Assembly: GCA_044507735.1 (NCBI GenBank) | Contig: JBIQJB010000002.1 | Location: 1-64,000 of the forward strand | Direction: 5' to 3' | Length of the DNA stretch: 64,000 nucleotides | DNA from: Nitrosopumilales archaeon | Lineage (GTDB): Archaea; Thermoproteota; Nitrososphaeria; Nitrososphaerales; Nitrososphaeraceae | Part shown: positions 55,906 to 64,000 of the stretch, piece after piece | Position numbering within the stretch: the stretch's first letter is position 1 | How the letters are laid out: the number at the start of each line of letters is the position of its first letter | Position numbers and translations under genes: made by a program | Notes under the pieces: model-generated | Told to the model about the DNA's origin: nothing | Seen by the model: the letters and a program-made list of their open reading frames with translations, nothing else | Databases searched by the model: none

Positions 55906-58020
55906 GTGCCATACACGCAACTCACAACGGGCACGCTGTTGCTCTGGCTAATAGTATCAGTCCTTGCCACGAACTCGTTAATAGTCTTCGCAGACTCTCA
56001 CACCAAGGGAGTCTACGCCGAGATAATTGGCACGGCCACCGTGACAATTACGATGGGGCTTGCAATAATCCTGGCACTTCGTCAGCTCAGGCATAACAGG
56101 CCGCATGCCAAGATGTACCTGAGCCTTGCGGCGGGTCTGGTGCTCTGGTTCTCCGCCGACGTCATCTGGGCGAGCTACGAGCTCGTATTCCACATGGCCG
56201 CTCCGATTCCCTCGCTCTCCGATGTGCTGTGGCTCGCAGGTTACCCGTTCTTTGCGCACAATCTATTTGCAACTTATAGGGAATTCAAGAGCAAGTTTGG
56301 CCGGCGTATCCTGGCAGCAAGTATTGCAGGAAACGTTGCGTTCGTTGCGTATCTGATAATCCTCACGGCGGAGCTGTGGGACTTTTCGACACAGGACGGG
56401 ATCGCCATGTTTTCAGTCATGATCGCATATCCAATCATGAATGCAGTCCTTGTTGTCCCTGCTCTGTCCATTCTAGTAGGTCTGTGGAAGGAAAATCCGT
56501 GGTCGATCCCCTGGACATTCAAGTCGCTTTCTTTATTTTGCATCGTGGTGACTGACAGTTGGTTTGCGTTCATCATAATTTCTGGACTTTATGATCAGGT
56601 GTGGGTGGCGTCCCTTCTGTTTGGTGCAGAATACATCATTCTCGCCGGCGGGCTCTTGTGGTTCAACAAGTTCTTGAATGTATACAAGGGACACGCCCAC
56701 GAAAAGGTACAGGCAGCACCCTTCCCCCGGAGGAACCCGGGGCCAGTGCGGTACATTCAGGCGACAGTGGCAGTTGTGCTGGTGGGTGGAATCATTAGCT
56801 ACGGTTTTGCAAGCTCGATGACGACAAGCTCAGCCCAGTACATAACACCGGCCGATGCACAGCTCAGCAATACCATTACCGTAGGCGCGCTCCTTCCGCT
56901 TACCGGAGCTCTGTCATCCTTTGGAGAGGAGGCAGAGGTAGCACTCAAGATAGCTGTTGAAGACGTGAACAAGGACCTTGCCTCGTCTGGTTCAGACAGG
57001 AGGATTGCACTTGTGATAGAGGATACGAGGACAGACCCTGCAGTCGCGCTTGAAAAGCTGCAGGCACTGACGTCTGACGGGATAAGGATAGTGATAGGCC
57101 CTGTTACAAGTGCCGAAGTCGCTGCGGTAAGACAATATGCGAACGACAACGATGTACTGGTCGTGAGCATAGGGAGCACTGCACCCGACTTGGCAATACC
57201 AAACGATAATGTGATAAGACTTGTGCCTGACGATACGCAACAGGCAAGGGTGCTTGCAAGGCAGATGTGGGACGACGGAGTGCGCGTGGTCGTTCCGATG
57301 TGGAGAACAGATGTATTTGGAAACAACCTGAACATGCTGCTGACGGAGAACTTCAAGCGACTAGGGGGTACGGTGATTGACGGCGTGGGATATGAACCTC
57401 TGGTGGGTGACTTTTCGTCCAGCCTCCATAGGATCAACTTTATTGTCTGGGAGCAGCACCTGAGGTCACTTTCAGAGAAGGTCGGTCAAGCCACGGCGCA
57501 ATACGGTCACGAGAGGGTCGGGGTGTATATTGTAGCGTTCGACGAAATAGTGCCGATCTTGATTCAGGCGGACAGGCACCCTGAGCTAGGGGCCGTGAGG
57601 TGGTATGGAAGCGACGGTTCTGCGCAGGTCGGAGGTGTTGTGAGAAACGCCGAGGCGGCAGAATTTGCGATAAGAACCAGCTTCCTGAATCCGATATACG
57701 GGGTTGAGGAGACAAGAGACTTCAGGGAATTGGAAGAAAGGATCAGTGAGGAATTAGGTAGAGAGCCCAGATCTTATGCCGAGGCGACATATGACGCTAT
57801 GTGGCTAGCGGCTCTTGCACTCGAAGCGGATGATTCGGGTTCGCTCAGGGATATCTTTGTGCATACCGCCAACTCGTACGTTGGCGTGACTGGGAGCACC
57901 GAACTAAACGCTGCCGGCGACAGAAAATCCGGCTCGTATGACTTTTGGGCTGTGAGGGAGGACCATGGTGGCCACCATCCGTTTGAGTGGGCAAGCGTGG
58001 CTTCCAGCACGATACACTGA
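55906..58020 (+). CDS. Multi-TM sensor domain fused to type I solute-binding (LivJ-like) domain
   Basis: About 8-9 hydrophobic helices with WFSAD.IW..YE..P.PS.SD.LWLAGYP, then VGALLPLTG, EDT.TDP, IGP.TS, YDA, GVTG....N..GDR. Confidence 0.88.
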   Translation: MPYTQLTTGTLLLWLIVSVLATNSLIVFADSHTKGVYAEIIGTATVTITMGLAIILALRQLRHNRPHAKMYLSLAAGLVLWFSADVIWASYELVFHMAAPIPSLSDVLWLAGYPFFAHNLFATYREFKSKFGRRILAASIAGNVAFVAYLIILTAELWDFSTQDGIAMFSVMIAYPIMNAVLVVPALSILVGLWKENPWSIPWTFKSLSLFCIVVTDSWFAFIIISGLYDQVWVASLLFGAEYIILAGGLLWFNKFLNVYKGHAHEKVQAAPFPRRNPGPVRYIQATVAVVLVGGIISYGFASSMTTSSAQYITPADAQLSNTITVGALLPLTGALSSFGEEAEVALKIAVEDVNKDLASSGSDRRIALVIEDTRTDPAVALEKLQALTSDGIRIVIGPVTSAEVAAVRQYANDNDVLVVSIGSTAPDLAIPNDNVIRLVPDDTQQARVLARQMWDDGVRVVVPMWRTDVFGNNLNMLLTENFKRLGGTVIDGVGYEPLVGDFSSSLHRINFIVWEQHLRSLSEKVGQATAQYGHERVGVYIVAFDEIVPILIQADRHPELGAVRWYGSDGSAQVGGVVRNAEAAEFAIRTSFLNPIYGVEETRDFRELEERISEELGREPRSYAEATYDAMWLAALALEADDSGSLRDIFVHTANSYVGVTGSTELNAAGDRKSGSYDFWAVREDHGGHHPFEWASVASSTIH

Positions 58021-58189
58021 CTTGTTTCCGAATGCCGCTTTAAGATGGAGATAATAGTGGCTTCTCTTGGATTCTTGTCTGCGAAAGTCATCTATTTTTT
58101 AAGCTGGATAATTCTAGACTCCCGAGGACCCACGTAGCATATTATGATACATGAAACGGTAACAAGAAGGTAATACGCGTAATTACCTT

Positions 58190-58852
58190 GTGTTCAGAAC
58201 ACGATTGGCGATTCAGTTGAAAAAAACAAGAATATTTGCTTTTATCGGCGTTGCCATTGTGCTGGTCACCACTGCCTTTGTAGCCGGAACTGGAGCGTTG
58301 TCAGCCACATTGGCCCGGATACCAAGCGGACCCTTATTTGCCGCCGCAACCACTTCTGGCATCCCTGACGGCGGTCATGTCACTGACGGAAGTTCGTCAG
58401 CAATGCCGTCAATTTCTGGAAACGCAACAACTACAGGTACAAACACAACGACTGCAACGATTGCAATGGCATCCTCCACTAACAAGACATTCTACATATC
58501 GGATGACGAAGTGGATGACGACCTGGATAATGCTGACGACATCAATATCTTTTCCCTTCAGACTATGGTTGTGAATAGAGGTGACAGTGTGACCGTACAC
58601 TTCTTCAACCTCGGCGAAGAAGATATTGACGACGCACAGGAACAGAGACATTCATTCACCATCGGCGCGCCATACAACATCGACGCCGAATTGGCCGGAG
58701 GAGAAAACCAAGTAATAACATTCACGGCAGACAATGAGGGAATTTTTCAGTACTACTCAAAGTACGATCTGCCTCAGATGACAGGTCAGCTCGTGGTCTT
58801 GCCTGAACAACAGAACACAGCCGGGGCTGCAACAAATTCGACCAACCAATAG
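58190..58852 (+). CDS. Secreted cupredoxin-fold protein with substituted copper ligands
   Basis: VVNRGDSVTVHFFN..HSFTI..GIFQYYSKYDLPQMTGQLVV. Confidence 0.85.
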   Translation: MFRTRLAIQLKKTRIFAFIGVAIVLVTTAFVAGTGALSATLARIPSGPLFAAATTSGIPDGGHVTDGSSSAMPSISGNATTTGTNTTTATIAMASSTNKTFYISDDEVDDDLDNADDINIFSLQTMVVNRGDSVTVHFFNLGEEDIDDAQEQRHSFTIGAPYNIDAELAGGENQVITFTADNEGIFQYYSKYDLPQMTGQLVVLPEQQNTAGAATNSTNQ

Positions 58853-59312
58853 CTGGTCGGATCCTCTCCCTTCTTTTTTCAGGTCCCCTTGCGATTGCGA
58901 CTTCATACTGAAATGCTCCCGGACCTCGTTCAACGCATGTGGTTGCGTCGGCCCCTCTTCTCCACTTTTGCGTCCCTTGCAACTCAAGGCCAATGCAAAG
59001 GTGCGTCTGTCTGCCCAATGAAGAAGGGAAGCAGCGGTGAAACTCGAGAAGAGTTGTTGAATTTAATGATGGTTGTAGAGGCCTTTGTCAACATTGTGAT
59101 AGTGGTAGATAGTAAAGGCGCTTCCCGCTGTCGCATGATCCGAGGCTTGTTACAAGAAGCAATCTCAGGGAATTTGCCGACCAAAAGGAGGCACCGACCA
59201 GTCTTGAACTCAATTCAAACAAGGTGGCTACAAAAAATGGATTTGAGGATGATCCTATGACATGTTGTTACTTGGATGTGAAAGTTGCCCCGCTGACATA
59301 GAGAATTATTAT

Positions 59313-59957
59313 TCACTGAAGATTGTTGCTTCGGCTGTTAATGCCGCCTTGCCACTCCCATAACTTTATCGTGGCACCTTCCTTGTCGTTGGGATCATCT
59401 TCGTGATATCCTATCGCCATCATGTTGTTGAATGGTGCAAGCAAACCAGTTGCGTTGCCGTCAAATACCGCTATTGTGAGCCCTTTTCCGTGAAAGCTAG
59501 TCGTGTTGTATTGTAGAATTTCGTAATACGTGATTGCTGTCTTGTCTCCGTCCTCCGGCGATGTTACATATTCTCTTCCATAAGCAAAGATATTTTCCTT
59601 TCCAGTGACGATTGCGTAGCCAGTGTTAGTCATGTTAATAGTCTCTCCTGTATCGGGGTATCTCATTATTCCATGCCCGATGAAATCAATTCTTGTATGA
59701 GTGCCGTTTATCGGGTTAGCGCTGGTAGTTGTTGCCTTTTCGTCCCATATGGGTAAGGAGGAGAAGGCCAGCTCTGATGGCTGTTGTGGAGTGGTAGTAG
59801 ATGTGCTGTCTTTTGCTACTGAAAGCGGTGCTGCGGCCAAGAATGCCAAAAATATTGCTGCAATCCCGCCTGCAACAACGACTCCAGCTATTATTCCAAT
59901 CGTCTTTACATTCCGCTTTTTCTTTTCAGAATTGTTTTTGCTATTTTCTGATGACAT
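59313..59957 (-). CDS. Membrane-anchored hypothetical protein
   Basis: Basic N-terminus, TM, beta-rich domain with NxT sequons ending LWEW. Confidence 0.7.
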   Translation of the reverse strand: MSSENSKNNSEKKKRNVKTIGIIAGVVVAGGIAAIFLAFLAAAPLSVAKDSTSTTTPQQPSELAFSSLPIWDEKATTTSANPINGTHTRIDFIGHGIMRYPDTGETINMTNTGYAIVTGKENIFAYGREYVTSPEDGDKTAITYYEILQYNTTSFHGKGLTIAVFDGNATGLLAPFNNMMAIGYHEDDPNDKEGATIKLWEWQGGINSRSNNLQ

Positions 59958-60374
59958 GCTCAACACCATTCTTGCTGTATGTTGTGAACAACGAAATCTA
60001 CGGAATTCTGGTAGAATCTTATAATCTTTGTCAAAATGGAAAGATTCAGGCATATCTCATCGATGATTTTTCTTGTGATGAACTTGTCGCAACTACGAGA
60101 CCTGTCATAGTGCCATACACTGTACATTCAATGATCAAACATCCTGCCAGAAATATTGGCGGGCTATGGTGCAAGTACCGAGCTCAAGAGACTTTGTATG
60201 TGATCAATTGCACAAATTAGGCGTTGACATCGACACAACATAGCAAGTCGATTCCTCGGATTGACAGTTAGAATTGATGTATGAGGAGCTTAATCTAATG
60301 AAAATTGATTGGAGGAATAAGCTCCAGAGTCGTCGCACCAAGTACCGCAAGTAGGACACACTCATGATCCCCTT

Positions 60375-61357
60375 ACTGCGCAAGACCATCGAACGTACAG
60401 ACTGGCAGGCTGCTTGCTCATCTTCGACCACCTTACTTCTTTGTTCAAAGCGTAGCTTGGCAAAAATAGTCTGAATCACTTGTCATCGAACTATGTTTCA
60501 AGCAGCATGGGTTCCATTTCTTTGTCCTAAGTAGGTATTCGAGCTTTTCCTGTACTGCGGGATCTGATAACTCTCTTCGAGTGAAATAATTCGCTTTCTC
60601 CGTGCCTTCATCATTCTCCATGTGGCATCAGATCGAACTGGCTGACCATCGTACAGGTTTGCTATTAGTCGAGCTTCTGGGTTGGCTCTGTCAGGCTGCT
60701 CATTGATTAGATCCCTTTCATATGTAAAACTCACTGTCAAGAGGATTGGTCCTGAGTGGTTTTGGTCTCCTACGGGACTTACCCTCATCATACTTTACTC
60801 GAAGCTTCGCATTCTTGATCTTCAGCAACGCGACCTCACAGTTGTATTCATTGAAATCCCAGAGCAGAGTGAGAGTATCTTTGTTGCGCTTGAATCAGTC
60901 GTATTTCATTATGGTTAGCAGCTCGTCTAGCTTCCAGATTTCATTTTCTGAATATGGGTTTTTTCTTTATCGACACGAAGTTTGGTGTTTCCTACTCGGT
61001 GGTGGAAATCAGCTCGTCCTTTCCTCGCTGGTTATGCAGCCATCGGAAAAAGTGCTTTATGGCTCCAAGGTAGTCATTCCAAGTAGTCTTCCCTTTCTCA
61101 TCAGGGTGAATATCCTTTGGCTTTTTCTTTGAGTCAATGAACTCCTATATTGCCTCTTTCTTTCTAACACGGGTTAGCGTCTTGTTCTGACCTAAGTGAA
61201 TTGAGAAGTACACCATTGTCAGCAACTCGTTTCCGCGATGTCTTTCAGACGCGCCAACCTCTTCCAAATACTTGAGAAATTCCTTCAGAAGAACAGCGTT
61301 CTTTTGGTTTGGTATTGACGGTATCTTTGCTACGACTGTTGACAGCTTTAGAGGCAT
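60375..61357 (-). pseudogene. Tyrosine recombinase/integrase pseudogene
   Basis: Across several stops and frameshifts: TTWNDYL..IKHFFRWL, LLWDFNEYNCEV, SGPILLTVSF, KKWNPCCLKHSSMTSDSDY, VRWS..KQPA; starts 57 nt from tRNA 3' end. Confidence 0.85.
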
Positions 61358-61413
61358 TTGCTATGAGGATCTCTCTGGGAAAATTGCTTTGGTGGTTGAG
61401 TCCGCGAGTAGAA

Positions 61414-61486
61414 TGGACTGGGCGGGATTTGAACCCGCGACCTCTCGCTTGCGAAGCGAGCATTACTACCCCTGAACTACCAGCCC
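61414..61486 (-). tRNA. tRNA-Ala(CGC), intronless
   Basis: GGGCTGG acceptor with G3:U70, anticodon arm CTCGC-TTCGCAA-GCGAG, T-loop GGTTCAAATCC. Confidence 0.96.
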
Positions 61487-62389
61487 TATCGCAGGTTTCA
61501 CGTGATGTAATCCCAATATAAAATATGACACAATAATAGCGAATGCTCTCCTGTATGACTTGTGCCCCTCCCCTTACATCTCTAGTCGTCTCCCCCTCCT
61601 CACAATTTCATCCTGACAACAACGCGCTGTTTAGCGAGACGCATTCAGAGAGATGTCGCTCTCATCATGCAAGTAGCTCTTGGCAGCGACATAGTCTCCC
61701 GGAGCAAGAAATCTACTTTCATGACAAGAGGGAGCACACACCCACTAAGTACACAGATGCCTGAGAGTACGTATCCTCTGGCCTAACACACACCTTTCTT
61801 ACACCCGCCTTGACCCGACTGCGGAGTGGTCTCTGCTTGCATGGTGCATGGCAAGACGAATGCTTGCATGTATCATACACCCTGACGCCTGATTCAGGAT
61901 AGTAGTATAGCTGAACCCCCTTGGGATGTGTCATGATTCATCTTACTTCATACCGCAGCTGCTGGCGGTATCATAGTCCTGCATGTAGCAACTACTACGC
62001 TTGGTCTGGCTGCCGAGCCGTTTGATGAGCACCTTCTGGTGGAAATGGATGATGGTGTCGGAGGGTCAGCCAGAGAACCATCCGTCAAGCCTCTTGAAGA
62101 GTTCAGTCAGTCGTACAACAATGCAGCAAGTACACGGTGGAGCAGCAAGTGCGGGATGAGTGGCCGAGATTGTCACCGAATGATCAGCAAATTTACTCAT
62201 ATTTCTCGCATAAGGGAACCGGAACGAGACGACAGCTAAAAAACAATCACTTTATGTGCATGTATATTGAATATGGATATCACAACACTCAAAAACGTAA
62301 GTAAAATCAAGTTGGCTGACTAAAAGAAGCTATTCGTAAGTAACAATGCCCCACGACCTTTATATCAATCAGATCAAACAGTTGACAGG

Positions 62390-63529
62390 ATGCGACCGGA
62401 AGTAGACAGTGATCTTCCGAGAAAACTTTCATCTCGAGAATCGGACGCAGATTCTTTGATCGAAAAGGACGAAATCAATTTCTTGGGTTACTCACAAAGC
62501 TATTTCGTTTGCTTTATTGACATTGTTGATTCGACAAGAATAATATCCAACATCGATAACTCTCTGGGAATCCGAAAGTATTATGGAATCTTTCTTAATA
62601 CTGTCGCTAGAATTGCACGTGATCATGAAGGCAAGATAGTAAAGAGTGCAGGGGATAGCCTCACCCTCTATTTTCCAAATACTGTGGATACTGCATATCC
62701 TCATGCATTCGACATGGCCATGAAATGCTGCATGGAAATACTTGGCGCACATGAATCCATGAATCTAATTGCATACCTGGAACAGCTACCTGGGATTGAC
62801 TACCGAATAAGTGCAGATTACGGAAAGGTCGAAGTTGCCAGAACAAGAACATCAAAAGAGTACGACTTGCTTGGACATACAATGAATATGTGCGCGAAGA
62901 TGAATTCAAGGGCAGAGCCACAGGGGTTTGTTATCGGAGGTGACCTTTACGAAATATTACGATCGTCAAAATTTCCATTTGGCAGGTTTTATGACTTTCA
63001 TGCAATTGGAGAATATTCGACTGGACTGAAATACAATTATCCGATCTTTTCCGTCCATCCAAGAAATATTATTCAAGATTGGGACTCTATTCCGAGTCAA
63101 CGTGCCTGCGGCAAACCTTGCGGAGAAGATAATGCTGATCCTAACAGCCGGGATAAGCGTCACAGGATAATGATAATTGACGACGAGCCAGACACGCTGC
63201 TGACCTACAAATGTATGCTGGAAAGTGAAGCCGCATTTGAAGTAGAAACATATACGTCGTCACAGGATGCACTGCAAAGGCTCTTCAAAAGGGGTACAAG
63301 CTCTTACGACTTGATTATCACAGATATTAGGATGCCGCAGCCAAATGGTCTTCAGCTCTATAATATCATAAAAACCCTAAACAAACAGACGCGCGTTTTG
63401 CTCATAACAGCATACGATGTGATTGAGGAAATTGTGAGCACATTGCCTGATATCAAACATGAACATATCTTGAAGAAACCACTCAACAAGCCTGAGCTAC
63501 TTAGGGGAGTGAGGCTTTGTACTGCATAG
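62390..63529 (+). CDS. Class III adenylate/guanylate cyclase fused to C-terminal receiver domain
   Basis: FIDIVDST, KSAGDSL, DLLGHTMNMCAK; then IIDDE..ITDIRMP..KKP. Confidence 0.9.
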   Translation: MRPEVDSDLPRKLSSRESDADSLIEKDEINFLGYSQSYFVCFIDIVDSTRIISNIDNSLGIRKYYGIFLNTVARIARDHEGKIVKSAGDSLTLYFPNTVDTAYPHAFDMAMKCCMEILGAHESMNLIAYLEQLPGIDYRISADYGKVEVARTRTSKEYDLLGHTMNMCAKMNSRAEPQGFVIGGDLYEILRSSKFPFGRFYDFHAIGEYSTGLKYNYPIFSVHPRNIIQDWDSIPSQRACGKPCGEDNADPNSRDKRHRIMIIDDEPDTLLTYKCMLESEAAFEVETYTSSQDALQRLFKRGTSSYDLIITDIRMPQPNGLQLYNIIKTLNKQTRVLLITAYDVIEEIVSTLPDIKHEHILKKPLNKPELLRGVRLCTA

Positions 63530-63691
63530 GGATTGCCGGGGAAACGGGGTCTGAAAAGCAAGTAGGATAAGATGGGGTGTTGGCGGCGGTACCACAGCGT
63601 GTCGCAGTGCATGTCCGCAAGAATCAAGTTTCATGTTAAATCTGGAAGGCATAAACATATTACAAGAAGGACATAATTTACGAAAGGTTAA

Positions 63692-64000
63692 ATGCAAAAT
63701 TCCTGCGATTTGTTGATTACAAATGCTTCTGCAGTCATTCCAAAGGTGGGTGTTGTTGAGACAAATATCATGATTGAGGATGGCCTGATAAAGGCACTCT
63801 CAAATTCAGCCGGTAATATCTCTGCATCAATAAAGATAGATGCGCGGGGCAGATATGTGCTGCCAGGCGCAATCGACCCACACGTCCATTATGGAGTGTA
63901 CACTCCAATAGAGGAGGCTGCAAGAACGGAATCACGGTCGGCTGCAATCGGGGGCGTGACGACAATGATGAGAATGCTCCGGCTCTACGACAGTTATCGG
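63692..64000 (+). CDS. Cyclic amidohydrolase (dihydroorotase/allantoinase/dihydropyrimidinase family), 5' part
   Basis: Manual translation: DARGRYVLPGAIDPHVHYG..AAIGGVTT; runs off the window. Confidence 0.9.
   Translation, partial: MQNSCDLLITNASAVIPKVGVVETNIMIEDGLIKALSNSAGNISASIKIDARGRYVLPGAIDPHVHYGVYTPIEEAARTESRSAAIGGVTTMMRMLRLYDSYR

Noticed and set aside
56799-57437. 212-aa antisense ORF (and similar antisense ORFs elsewhere)
   Set aside because: Shadow frames of well-supported genes on the opposite strand

Overview
Chromosomal window of an ammonia-oxidising archaeon (Nitrososphaerota; 16S and gene content are Nitrososphaera-like). Bases 1-25 kb are gene-dense and core-like: small winged-helix/PadR/TetR regulators, a YyaL/SPATA20-type thioredoxin protein, a 16S-23S rRNA operon (no spacer tRNA, no 5S, both bulge-helix-bulge processing stems visible), DHH phosphoesterase, RidA, HemL-like aminotransferase, cyclophilin, RNase HI, DsbA and hemerythrin. 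From about 25 kb to the tRNA-Ala(CGC) at 61.4 kb the sequence looks accessory: it is sparser, by eye more AT-rich, contains decayed gene remnants, and ends in a tyrosine-integrase pseudogene next to the tRNA. It holds a glnA/Lrp pair, two divergent TFB paralogues surrounded by small membrane proteins and FUN14, an atypical PurD-like ATP-grasp ligase, output-less sensor proteins (Cache-only; multi-TM + solute-binding fusion), a MEDS/response regulator/histidine kinase cluster, and secreted proteins with substituted active sites (cupredoxin with Cys>Ser/His>Asp; PQQ dehydrogenase with His>Tyr). No CRISPR array, IS or intact provirus was seen. Best candidates for undescribed biology: the TFB/membrane micro-protein locus, the multi-TM solute-binding receptor plus non-blue cupredoxin pair, an arcadin-1-like protein and a flavin reductase-Nudix fusion. 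All family calls come from motif recognition by eye, not database searches.
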